A stretch of DNA of 64,000 bases, taken from contig CAVUZH010000015.1 of NCBI GenBank assembly GCA_963745835.1, positions 96,001 through 160,000 of the forward strand, given 5' to 3'. Below are positions 20,029 to 29,434 of the stretch, piece after piece. The stretch comes from an uncultured delta proteobacterium. Its GTDB lineage: Bacteria; Desulfobacterota; Binatia; UBA9968. How positions within the stretch are numbered: position 1 is the stretch's first letter; each line of letters starts with the position of its first letter. A program made the translations under genes and the position numbers. Under the pieces are notes generated by a model, which saw only the letters and a list, made by a program, of their open reading frames with translations, was not told the origin of the DNA and ran no database searches.

Positions 20029-20132
20029 TCTCCTGGCAATTCAATCCTTTAACGTGTGCAAGAAATCTTTTTTGGAAAATTACTCTTACCATGTCCCCGC
20101 AACCCGTAACAAAACGGCGGCGGTCAGAAGAG

Positions 20133-21371
20133 CTAGAACAAAATGACTTCGACCTCTTCTCCGGCTTCCAGACCGTCTTGGTTGAGATCAATCCGCACCA
20201 TGCCGTCGGCTTTCACAAGGGTAAAAATCGCGCCGGATTTATTCGGTAACGGAGTCGCTAAAAGCCCTTGAGATTCTTGCTCGAGAGCTACGCGAATGTA
20301 ATCTTCACGGCCGATCTGGGAAGCGATGTTGGTCTTCAAGATTGCTTTGGCCGTTCTAGCAAACCGAGCGTGCGTCGCAATCACCTCACCGCCCAATCTG
20401 CGGATCAGAGGCGCGGCGAAAAGATCAAAGATTACCAAAGCGGAAACCGGATATCCGGGAAGTCCCATGATCGGCTTACCGTAGGCCTTGGCAAAAATCG
20501 TCGGTTTACCTGGCGCCACAGATATGCCGTGAAAGATAAACTCCGAATCCGGAAACGAAAGAATTGTTTCAAGAGCAATATCTTTTGCGCCCATCGAGCT
20601 GCCTCCGGACAACAGCACGAGGTCGGCCCAATCCAAAGCTTGCGTTAACGCGGTTGTGAGCCGCTGCCGATCATCAGGGGTGACTCCCAAATCTTTCAGT
20701 TCGGCGCCGCACTCGGCAATCAAACCGGCCAGTGAGTGCTGGTTGATATTACGCACCTGTCCTGGCAACGGCGTCACATCAGCGTCGACGATTTCGTCGC
20801 CTGTGGAAATAAGCGCAACACGCGGTCGCTTGAACACCGGTACCGATGACATCCCGATGCCCGTCAATGCGCCTATGTCATGCGCCTTGAGTCGCCGGCC
20901 GCATTGAAAAACCGTCTCGCCCTTTTTGATGTCATCGCCGACTTGAATGACATTCTGCGCCGGCGATACACCGCGCTGAACCTCCACCAGGCCGCCTTCA
21001 ACTTCGTTGGTATACTCGACCATAACTACGCCATCGCTTCCCGGCGGCATCATGCCCCCGGTTGAAATGCGAATCGCTTCGCCCGCCTGCACAGGCTGGA
21101 TCGCCTCTTTCCCCATTTCAACAACCCCGACCAGTTTCAAATAAGCCGGCAGGCTCTGACTCGCGCCGAAGGTATCTTTAGAACGAACAGCATAGCCATC
21201 CATTGCGGCGCGGCTAAAATGCGGCAAGTCAACCCCAGAACGAAGATCCTCGCAGAGCACCCGGCCGCGCGCAGTAACCGTTGCAACATGCTCTGTGCCT
21301 ACGGGATTTACCTGGACCAGCAAACGTAATGCTTCTTGCGGGGCTAGCACTTTGAAAAAGGTTTGCGCCAT
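20133..21371 (-). CDS. moeA: molybdopterin molybdo/tungsto-transferase MoeA
   Basis: AAMDGYAV, STGDEI, SGGSSMGAKD, PGKPT, GLPGYPVS; start at MAQTFFK (21371). Confidence 0.93.
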   Translation of the reverse strand: MAQTFFKVLAPQEALRLLVQVNPVGTEHVATVTARGRVLCEDLRSGVDLPHFSRAAMDGYAVRSKDTFGASQSLPAYLKLVGVVEMGKEAIQPVQAGEAIRISTGGMMPPGSDGVVMVEYTNEVEGGLVEVQRGVSPAQNVIQVGDDIKKGETVFQCGRRLKAHDIGALTGIGMSSVPVFKRPRVALISTGDEIVDADVTPLPGQVRNINQHSLAGLIAECGAELKDLGVTPDDRQRLTTALTQALDWADLVLLSGGSSMGAKDIALETILSFPDSEFIFHGISVAPGKPTIFAKAYGKPIMGLPGYPVSALVIFDLFAAPLIRRLGGEVIATHARFARTAKAILKTNIASQIGREDYIRVALEQESQGLLATPLPNKSGAIFTLVKADGMVRIDLNQDGLEAGEEVEVILF

Positions 21372-21630
21372 AGATGCCAGATCATAATCAGAGATAGAAG
21401 AGGAAGCAACGAGCTGCCCAGCATTCGCGTCCGGATAACAATTGAGTTGTAGCTCTATGCGAAGAAAAGACGCGAACGATCGTTGACGATCTTCAGCATT
21501 TAAGCAGTCTTCAAGCATTCCGCTTTGAGATTCTGTCCCAGTTGTGGGCTCGATCCGACATTCTATTTCTCCTCTTTGGGACATGGGTTCGTGAACGTGC
21601 GTCATTGCCTGTACCTTTCCTCTTCAGTGC

Positions 21631-21647
21631 TTGGCACGTGATTCGCT
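21631..21647 (+). promoter_or_regulatory. sigma54 -24/-12 promoter
   Basis: TTGGCACGTGATTCGCT, GG-N10-GC spacing, 40 bp upstream of ATG 21687. Confidence 0.65.
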
Positions 21648-21686
21648 CTTTACCCGGATAGCAAAGATTAGAAAGGAGTAAATGAT

Positions 21687-22280
21687 ATGGCAGGCAAAAA
21701 TACTGCGGCATTCGGAATATACCCGAATGAAACGGCTCTGGAGAATGGAATCAGCGCTCTACAACAGGCAGGTTATCGGAACGAAGACATTTCGGTCTTG
21801 TTCCCAGAGAACGAAGGCACCAAGGATTTCGCGCACAGAAAGGGGACTAAAGCCCCTGAAGGCGCGGCCAGCGGCGCGGGCACAGGAGCAGTAGCCGGCG
21901 GCGTCTTGGGCTGGTTAGCTGGCATAGGCGCGATCGCAATCCCGGGGGTCGGACCGTTCATCGCGGCCGGTCCCATCATGGCTGCACTTGCCGGCGCTGG
22001 AGTCGGCGGGGCGGTGGGCGGCTTGACCGGCGCTCTGGTCGGCGCGGGTATCCCCGAGTACGAGGCCAAGAGATATGAAGGTCGAATCAAGGACGGCGGG
22101 ATTCTGGTCTCGGTTCATTGTGACAATTCTGAATGGACCAGCCGCGCTAAAGACATACTTGAGCGAACCGGAGCTCAGGATGTGTCCTCTGCCGGCGAGG
22201 CCAGCGCCGATTTCGCGGAAACTGATAAGCCGCTCCCTCGTGATGCCTCTGGGACCGTTCGCCGCCGTGATGATGTTTAA
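21687..22280 (+). CDS. general-stress-type glycine-zipper membrane protein (YflT/DUF3341-like)
   Basis: AGY..EDISVL, IPGVGPFIAAGP, GIPEYEAKRYE..GGILVSVH; AAGGAG RBS. Confidence 0.85.
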   Translation: MAGKNTAAFGIYPNETALENGISALQQAGYRNEDISVLFPENEGTKDFAHRKGTKAPEGAASGAGTGAVAGGVLGWLAGIGAIAIPGVGPFIAAGPIMAALAGAGVGGAVGGLTGALVGAGIPEYEAKRYEGRIKDGGILVSVHCDNSEWTSRAKDILERTGAQDVSSAGEASADFAETDKPLPRDASGTVRRRDDV

Positions 22281-22518
22281 ATCGTTCGACAACGGATAAT
22301 TCTCTTGGACTAACGTCGACCGATTCGGCTTGCCGAGAATGCGCGCGACGCCATGCTCCGGCAAGTCGAGTCGGAAGGATTTCTTGCCTCATCCCGCTCA
22401 CTAGCCACGATTGTTTTCCACTCTCGTTTCAGCGTTCAATTCGAACGTTTCTAATAGTCTGTGCGCCGTCGTACGGCGCCTAGTTGACGGCTGCGAAAAA
22501 GAAGTGATACATCGGGGC

Positions 22519-23331
22519 ATGCGCGATAGTTTGAAAGGCCCGACCGAGAGCATTCACCAATACGGCAGCCTAGTTCCGACCGCGAGGCTCCGCGATGGCA
22601 AAGCAAGAAGCATTCTATTCGATGCGACCCAATGCATCGGCTGCCGTCACTGTGTCCAGGCTTGTAAGGACTGGAACGATCACGACCGCACCAGTCTCTA
22701 TGCTCTCTCCAGCACCAACTGGATAACTATGGAACCGCCTGTGCTGGAGGGGCTCTCGCCGCTGTGGGCACGAAACAGTTGTATGCATTGCGAGTTCGCC
22801 GCTTGTGCGGCGGTGTGCCCGGTGGAAGCGATCACCAAGTATGAGGAAGGCCCGGTAGTAATCAACCAGGAAGTCTGCATCGGTTGCGAATACTGCATTC
22901 ACGCTTGTCCATGGGAAGTCATTACCAGGGATGACATTACCCATAAAGCCAGCAAATGCACCATGTGCAGCGACCGAATCAGCGAAGACAAGCAACCATT
23001 TTGTGTCCAAGCCTGCCCAACCCAAGCGTTGGATTTCGGTCTCACGCAAGAAATTATCGTAAAGGCAAAGAAGCAAGCGGAATCCGTTGGCGGTTACACG
23101 TACGGCGACAAAGAAGCCGGCGGCGGTAACGTGATTTATGTCCTCAAAGAAAACCAGGAACAATACGGGCTGCGCGCTATCGGCGAGCAGAGGTTTCCGA
23201 AACACAAGATACCGCTCGGCTTGATGCTGAAAGATCTGTTCACAACGCGCTGCGGTATCAAGGGCAAGTTGCGCGCTCTCTATTTGGCTATCATCCATCC
23301 GAAGCGGCTGATCTATCGTTATTTCTCGTGA
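22519..23331 (+). CDS. 4x[4Fe-4S] electron-transfer protein (DmsB/FdnH/HybA-like)
   Basis: CIGCRHCVQAC, CMHC..ACAAVCP, CIGCEYCIHACP, KCTMC..PFCVQACP. Confidence 0.92.
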   Translation: MRDSLKGPTESIHQYGSLVPTARLRDGKARSILFDATQCIGCRHCVQACKDWNDHDRTSLYALSSTNWITMEPPVLEGLSPLWARNSCMHCEFAACAAVCPVEAITKYEEGPVVINQEVCIGCEYCIHACPWEVITRDDITHKASKCTMCSDRISEDKQPFCVQACPTQALDFGLTQEIIVKAKKQAESVGGYTYGDKEAGGGNVIYVLKENQEQYGLRAIGEQRFPKHKIPLGLMLKDLFTTRCGIKGKLRALYLAIIHPKRLIYRYFS

Positions 23332-23399
23332 GCGTTACGACAGCTGACGTTGAGCCCGCCCGCTAAATTCGAAAAGCGTAAACCTAGGGACCATCAAGC

Positions 23400-24416
23400 A
23401 TGAGACCATCCACCTTCAGCCGTTCTTCCATCGCCTACAAATGGATTCTCACGGCTGTATTAATGATCCCATTTACGTCCGAGGTTTGGTCCGAGAAAAT
23501 AAGAACCGCCATTCCGCAGGCCAACCTTAACTATCTTTCTATCTATGTAGCTGAGGCCAAGGGCTTCTTCCGCGATGAGCGCCTTGAGAACGAAACGGTC
23601 GTGATCTCGGGACCACTTGCCACTGCGGCGCTGTTGAGCGGCGATGTCGATTTCAGCGGAGGTGGCGGCAGCGGTATGCGCGCGGCGCTCAAGGGCGCCC
23701 CGGTCAAGGGCATTTTTTTTCAAACAGAAAAAGTGACGTTTTACCTGATTGCGGATCCAAGCATTAAGACCGCCGCAGACCTGAAGGGCAAAAAGGTTGC
23801 GGTGGGCAGTTCAGGCGATACCCAGGACCGCATGATCACGATGTTTGCGGAACGCGGCGGAGTTTCCAGCAGAGATATTACCCGCATTGCCATGGGCTCG
23901 GACACCAACAGCCGAATTCTCGCGCTCAAGTCAGGCGCCGCCCACGCCAGCGCGGTAGATCCCGGCGGCCTTGTCTTTGCGCAAAATGAGGGACTGGTTT
24001 CGTTGGGTTTTCTCGGTGATCTCTTTCCCATGCCGTTCCAGGGTTTTGTTACTCTCGATAGAAAAATTCGCGAAAACCCAGGCCAAATAAAGCGCTGGCT
24101 CAAGGCAGCGATTCGCGGGCTTATGTTCGTGCGCGACCAACCTGAGGAAGCGGTAAATCTCGGCATTAAAAACCTTCAACTAGGCAAAGCTACTCGTCCG
24201 ATGATTGTTGAAGGAACGAAAAACTATGCCCGTGCCTTACCGCAGGGTGTTCCGGGGCTTCCCACAGCCGAAGGAATAAGAAACTTTCTTGAATACGACA
24301 TAAAGGTCCCGCTGCAGATCAAAGAAGATGTCCCTCCGGAGCGTTTGTTACATTTGCAACTCGTTGAAGAAGTAAAGAAGGAATTGGAAGCCGTACAAAG
24401 GAGACCCAGTCGATGA
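23400..24416 (+). CDS. NMT1/SsuA-like substrate-binding protein
   Basis: Signal peptide, AEAKGFFRDE, ALLSGDVD, DLKGKKVAV. Confidence 0.85.
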   Translation: MRPSTFSRSSIAYKWILTAVLMIPFTSEVWSEKIRTAIPQANLNYLSIYVAEAKGFFRDERLENETVVISGPLATAALLSGDVDFSGGGGSGMRAALKGAPVKGIFFQTEKVTFYLIADPSIKTAADLKGKKVAVGSSGDTQDRMITMFAERGGVSSRDITRIAMGSDTNSRILALKSGAAHASAVDPGGLVFAQNEGLVSLGFLGDLFPMPFQGFVTLDRKIRENPGQIKRWLKAAIRGLMFVRDQPEEAVNLGIKNLQLGKATRPMIVEGTKNYARALPQGVPGLPTAEGIRNFLEYDIKVPLQIKEDVPPERLLHLQLVEEVKKELEAVQRRPSR

Positions 24417-25141
24417 CACCGGAGAAAGACTTACGAGAGCAGCTTGCCACATGTACGCGCATCTTCGCGATGCAGGGGCTAATTGGCCTGTTCGGCCACG
24501 TCAGTGTTTATCAGCCCGAGACCAAGACGATCTTTGTCACACCCGGATCAGGTTCGGACAAACCGCATTTTCAGGCGGATGATATGATTCCCATTCACCT
24601 GGATGGCAAACCGCTCGACGGTAAGACACTGCCTCCTGTCGAGTGGCCGATTCATACGGCGCTGCACGGGGCCCGTACGGACGCGTTGGCGGTGGCTCAT
24701 CTTCATACCCCTTATGCGACATTGTTCAGCATAGCTCGCCGTGAGTTTCACCCGGTTACTTTGCAAGGAACGATCTTCGGCGAAGGCGTGCCACTCTACA
24801 AAGAAGCTCATCTGGTGACGACGCCCCAACGCGGTGACAATCTGCTAAAGACCATTGGCGATCATCGCGCCGTGCTTATGCGCGGGCATGGCATCGTGGT
24901 CGCCGGCAAGAGTCTCGCTGAAGTTTTGTTTGCATCGATGATTTTAGAAGACGACACCAAAAAGACCATGCAGGCCTTAACCCTGGGGCCCATCGAGCAT
25001 TTCAGCGCCGAAGAATGCCGTGGCTTTAACGCCGAAATTGATTTCGAACGCCGTTCCCGGCGCGCTTGGGAATTTTTCACGCGCTTGGAATCCAATTGGG
25101 ATCGGCAAGGCGGAACCGGCAAAATCGAACTGTTCCCGTAA
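24413..25141 (+). CDS. class II aldolase/adducin family protein
   Basis: FGHVS, PVEWPIH, AHLHTPYA, LMRGHG. Confidence 0.9.
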   Translation: MTPEKDLREQLATCTRIFAMQGLIGLFGHVSVYQPETKTIFVTPGSGSDKPHFQADDMIPIHLDGKPLDGKTLPPVEWPIHTALHGARTDALAVAHLHTPYATLFSIARREFHPVTLQGTIFGEGVPLYKEAHLVTTPQRGDNLLKTIGDHRAVLMRGHGIVVAGKSLAEVLFASMILEDDTKKTMQALTLGPIEHFSAEECRGFNAEIDFERRSRRAWEFFTRLESNWDRQGGTGKIELFP

Positions 25142-25249
25142 TCGAGAAAGTGGCAGTTCCAATAGCAATCCTAAGCCAAGTTATCAGACTCACTGGAAAC
25201 GTTTGGAACGTTTTAAACAATTTGAACCTATAAGCCGAGTGAGACATCA

Positions 25250-27160
25250 ATGACTGAGAGCTCCGACTATAGAAACTTCTTTCCAGCCCAACGCCGGACG
25301 CGCTTGCCCGGCGGGTACATGGGTAAGATCTTGCGCGTCGATCTCAGCACGGGAGAACTGATCGATTTGCATCTTCCGGAAGAGTCGATATTGCGAAAAT
25401 ACTGGGGCGGTCAACTCTTCGCTGAGTACGTTCTGCTTAACGAATTGCCGATAAATATCGACCCCTATGATGCTCGCAATGTCATCGTTGGCATGACCGG
25501 ACCCATTACGGGAACCGGCTTTACCCCCGGCGGCACGAAAATGTGCTTCGTCTATCTCAGCCCGGCAACTCGCTACACCTTGGGTCGAGGCGCAACCAGC
25601 GGCTATTTCGGCACATCACTTAAAGCAGCCGGCTATGACGGTGTCATCATCACCGGTGCGGCGCAGGCACCGACCTATCTTTATATCGGCGAAGACAAAG
25701 TTGAATTGCGCGATGCTGCGCGCGTGTGGGGTAAAGGGGCGCGCGACACCGAAGACATGCTCCGAGACGAATCCGGTCATCAGGATGCGCGGGTGGGCTG
25801 TATCGGACCGGCCGGCGAGAGTCTGATTCGTGCCGCTATGTTCGTCAATGACTACAATCATAACGCCGCCCATGGCTTGGGCGCTGTGATGGGCTCGAAA
25901 AAACTCAAGGCCATTGTCGCATGGGGTACCAAGCGTCCCCGGGTGCACGACAAAAATATCCTGATCGAAGCCGGACTGCGCTGGCGCAAAGCAATCGCGT
26001 CGCGCACAACCACAGTACAAAAACGTCTGACCAGCGTCGGCCATGGCGAGGATTGGGGCGCGATTACGAAACTTAATTGGCGCAGTACCGTCATCGCCGA
26101 TGAGGCCAAGGGCTTGGATCAAAACCAGGTCGTCTTGAGGCCCTGCTTCCAGTGCCCACGCATGTGCCCCTGGGACGTGAAAGTCGGGGAGGGCCGCTTC
26201 AAAGGCGCGGTCGGCCACTTCAACGCCGGCAGCGAATGGATGGACACTTTCTACAATCTTGGTTTCAAGGGTAACGACGTGCTCTATTTATCAGAGCGCA
26301 TCAACGATTTGGGAATCGAGTGCAGCCATTTCGCCTGCGGCGCCGGACTAGCCTTCGAGGCCTGGGAAAAGGGCGTTCTTGGAGCGGATCGTACCGACGG
26401 CTTGAGATTGGAATGGGGCAATGTGCACGCAGCCGAGACTCTGCTGGAACGCTGCGCACGACGCGAAACATGGCTCGGCAATATTCTCGCCGATGGCCCC
26501 AAAGAACTTGCCGAAGCACTGGGCGGTGAAGCAAAAAATTGGGTGGTGCACACCAAGGGCGGGACACCGGCGCAACATGAATGGCGGCCACTGCTCAGCC
26601 AAATGTTGCGCGAACTGGTGGCAAGCGGCGGCATGAAACCCCAGGGTGCTGGCGGTACAGAGCCGCCCGCTGATCTATTATATCGAGAGAAGTGGGGTCC
26701 GCTCGATCCGACTCAGCCCGATGGCTGGACGAATTCGCATCTTCTAACGGAGCAAATTCGCCAGGCCTGTGGAGTCATGGGTGGTTGCTGGTTCGCCTTG
26801 AACGACAAACCGCCCGACGGCGTGAAAAGTATGGTGGACTCGCTCAATGCAACCACAGGGTGGAACGTCAGCCTCGATGAAACCATCGACGTCGGTCACC
26901 GGAGCATCATTCTTCAAAGCGTTTTCGGCACCCAGCGCGGGTGGATTGCCGACCATGATTGGCAAGACGTGGGACCGCGCTTTCTCGAGCCGATCCCTGA
27001 CGGCAAGTACAAGGGCTTCACCATTGCGAAATGGTTGCCCGAGCTCATTTTCGAGTACTACCGTTTATCCGGGCGGCATGAAAGAACCGGTCGGCCCTAT
27101 ATGGACACACTAACCCGCTTGGGGCTTGAAGAGTTCAAACAATGGAGCCAACTGGATTGA
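25250..27160 (+). CDS. aldehyde:ferredoxin oxidoreductase (AOR/WOR tungstoenzyme family)
   Basis: GYMGKILRVDLS, LKAAGYDG, CIGPAGE, GLGAVMGSKKLKA, PCFQCPRMC, NDLGI, EYYRLSG. Confidence 0.92.
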   Translation: MTESSDYRNFFPAQRRTRLPGGYMGKILRVDLSTGELIDLHLPEESILRKYWGGQLFAEYVLLNELPINIDPYDARNVIVGMTGPITGTGFTPGGTKMCFVYLSPATRYTLGRGATSGYFGTSLKAAGYDGVIITGAAQAPTYLYIGEDKVELRDAARVWGKGARDTEDMLRDESGHQDARVGCIGPAGESLIRAAMFVNDYNHNAAHGLGAVMGSKKLKAIVAWGTKRPRVHDKNILIEAGLRWRKAIASRTTTVQKRLTSVGHGEDWGAITKLNWRSTVIADEAKGLDQNQVVLRPCFQCPRMCPWDVKVGEGRFKGAVGHFNAGSEWMDTFYNLGFKGNDVLYLSERINDLGIECSHFACGAGLAFEAWEKGVLGADRTDGLRLEWGNVHAAETLLERCARRETWLGNILADGPKELAEALGGEAKNWVVHTKGGTPAQHEWRPLLSQMLRELVASGGMKPQGAGGTEPPADLLYREKWGPLDPTQPDGWTNSHLLTEQIRQACGVMGGCWFALNDKPPDGVKSMVDSLNATTGWNVSLDETIDVGHRSIILQSVFGTQRGWIADHDWQDVGPRFLEPIPDGKYKGFTIAKWLPELIFEYYRLSGRHERTGRPYMDTLTRLGLEEFKQWSQLD

Positions 27161-27194
27161 TCCTCAAGAGACCAACGGAAGCAAGGATGCAGCT

Positions 27195-28196
27195 ATGAAA
27201 CTTTTCCAACACATGACAAGAGTCCTTTTAATGTTCGCCGTGGCGGTGGGTGCTGTTCACTTTCCTTCTGCTGGGCATTCCCAGTCTCAGTTGAAGAAAG
27301 TGCGCATGGGCAGTTCTTCGACCAATGTCTCTTTCCTGGCTATTTATACGGCGCTCCACCGTGGATTTTTTAAGGATGAAGGGATCGATCTGGAAATCAT
27401 CTTTATGCCCGCGAACCTGGCAAGCACGGCCGTGTTGAATGGAGACGTCGACTACAACGGCGCTGTGACCGGCACCATCGGCGCGGCGGTTCGGGATCAG
27501 CCGATGAAGGTTTTGCTCTTCACGGTCTCTAAGCCACTGTTGTTTCTCGTCGGTCAAAAAAATATCAAAGACGTCAAACAATTGAAGGGCAAAAAAATTG
27601 CCGGGAGCTCGCCGGGAGGCTCGGCCACACTTCTCGCTAATCAAGCATTGAAACAAATCGGACTCGAGCCTGGTAAAGACGTCTCAGTTTTGCAGATGTC
27701 AGGGAACGCAGCCAGCCGCTTCGCGGTTCTCGAGTCCGGTGTCGTCGACGCCTCGCTGCTTTCTGTCCCGGAGAACATCGTGGCGCTAGAGAAGGGCTAC
27801 AATGAGCTGTTATTTCTTGGCGATATTGTGGAGTTTGCTCAAAACGGCTTCGGGACTTCACACAAGAGGATCCGTGAGAACCCGGACGAGGTGTATCGAA
27901 TGGTGCGCGCCACAGTACGCGGCCTGCAGTTTATCTGGGACCGAAATAATAGCGATGCGGTGACCAATATTCTGATGAAGCAATGGAACATAAACGATAG
28001 AAGAATGGCCGGAGAAATGTTCCGGCACGTGAGCCGGGTGTTAACCAAGGACGCCTATGTTCGGCCGGAATCCGTTCAAGTGCTCATTGACCTCGCCCGC
28101 GAAAACGCCAAGGTGACAAAGCCGATCCCTGTTTCCGATGTCGTCGATTATTCTTTTCTAAACAAAGCTCGCAAAGAGTTAGGGATGACGAAATGA
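27195..28196 (+). CDS. NMT1/SsuA-like substrate-binding protein
   Basis: Signal peptide, RGFFKDEGIDLE, LKGKKIA, VVDYSFL. Confidence 0.85.
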   Translation: MKLFQHMTRVLLMFAVAVGAVHFPSAGHSQSQLKKVRMGSSSTNVSFLAIYTALHRGFFKDEGIDLEIIFMPANLASTAVLNGDVDYNGAVTGTIGAAVRDQPMKVLLFTVSKPLLFLVGQKNIKDVKQLKGKKIAGSSPGGSATLLANQALKQIGLEPGKDVSVLQMSGNAASRFAVLESGVVDASLLSVPENIVALEKGYNELLFLGDIVEFAQNGFGTSHKRIRENPDEVYRMVRATVRGLQFIWDRNNSDAVTNILMKQWNINDRRMAGEMFRHVSRVLTKDAYVRPESVQVLIDLARENAKVTKPIPVSDVVDYSFLNKARKELGMTK

Positions 28197-28213
28197 CCGG
28201 AGGCACGCACCTC

Positions 28214-29239
28214 TCAAATCAAAGGATCGAGAATCACTTTGATCGATTCCGAGCCGCTGGCGGTGAGTTGAAATCCTAAACCCGCCTCCGACAACGGCAA
28301 TCGATGCGTGATCATCTCTCCAACCCGCACTTGACGAGTTCGGATTAGTTCCAGCGATTCAACCAAATCATCGCCACTGCCGGCGTACGAAGTGACGATG
28401 GAAATTTCATCTCGCCAAAATTCAAACAAGGGTATCGGCACATCAACTCCGGCCGCCGTTGGCGCAAAAAATAGCAGCGTACCGCCGCGATCAACGGACT
28501 TTATAGCTTGTTGAATGGCGGGCATGGCGGCCGTGCAGACGATTACCAGATCAGCTAACCGGCCTTCGTTCAGCTCACGTAATCGATCCGGAACCTGATC
28601 GGCGGCGTGAATCGTTGCCTGCGCTCCAAACCGTGCGGCTGCCGTCAATCGAAAATCACTGACGTCGGTGGCTATGATTCGATGCGCGCCGCGAGCACGC
28701 GCAAGCTGGATGTGCAACAAACCCGAAATCCCGCTGCCGATCACTAGCACAGTTTGGCCGGTTGCAAGTCGAGCGAATCGTTGCGCACGAACCACGCAAG
28801 CGAGCGGTTCGATAAATGATCCTTCATCAAAGCTTATTTCATCAGGTAAAAGAAGCGTCCCCAGATCTACATTGATCCTGGGCACGCGGACGAATTCAGA
28901 GAAGCCGCCCGGCTCGAAATGCGTGGTGCGGAGCATTTCGCATACCGACTGATGGCCGGCATGACAATACCGGCACTTCCCGCACGGCACATGATGCGAG
29001 CAGAAGACTCGGTCCCCAACACGGAAGCTTCCAACACCGGCGCCGACTTCAATGACGTCGCCGGTAATCTCGTGCCCCAGGACGAGCGGCGCCTTTTTGA
29101 TGCGGTACCATTCCATCAGATCGCTGCCGCAAATGCCGCTGGCGCGAATGCGCACCAGTAACTCACCGGCTCCGATCTTCGGAACGCGCATCTCTTCAAG
29201 CCGCACGTCCTGATTGCTGTAATACATGGCCACTCGCAT
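28214..29239 (-). CDS. Zn-dependent polyol/alcohol dehydrogenase
   Basis: GICGSD, GHE, CGKCRYC..C, EPLAC, GSGISG; start MRVAMYY at 29239. Confidence 0.92.
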   Translation of the reverse strand: MRVAMYYSNQDVRLEEMRVPKIGAGELLVRIRASGICGSDLMEWYRIKKAPLVLGHEITGDVIEVGAGVGSFRVGDRVFCSHHVPCGKCRYCHAGHQSVCEMLRTTHFEPGGFSEFVRVPRINVDLGTLLLPDEISFDEGSFIEPLACVVRAQRFARLATGQTVLVIGSGISGLLHIQLARARGAHRIIATDVSDFRLTAAARFGAQATIHAADQVPDRLRELNEGRLADLVIVCTAAMPAIQQAIKSVDRGGTLLFFAPTAAGVDVPIPLFEFWRDEISIVTSYAGSGDDLVESLELIRTRQVRVGEMITHRLPLSEAGLGFQLTASGSESIKVILDPLI

Positions 29240-29434
29240 ACTGCTGCGGCGAGGTTCCTGCCTAGAGTTGTTCAGATGCTTATGTGATGAGGACATACGG
29301 TTATCACAACCAACATCTCGCGGGCCGCCCGGATTGTTGCCGAGCAAAAGTACTTGGTTTTCTGGCCAAGAACACGCGAGAATCCTCGAGGTGGTGCTCA
29401 ATTCACGCGTAGATACGTAGAGCTCCCTAAATAC

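Noticed and set aside
21372-21605. 78-aa N-terminal extension of MoeA
   Set aside because: No MoeA-like features; likely intergenic DNA between divergent genes
21372-21630. Moco/Wco riboswitch upstream of moeA
   Set aside because: Could not recognise the conserved stems or GNRA loop arrangement by eye
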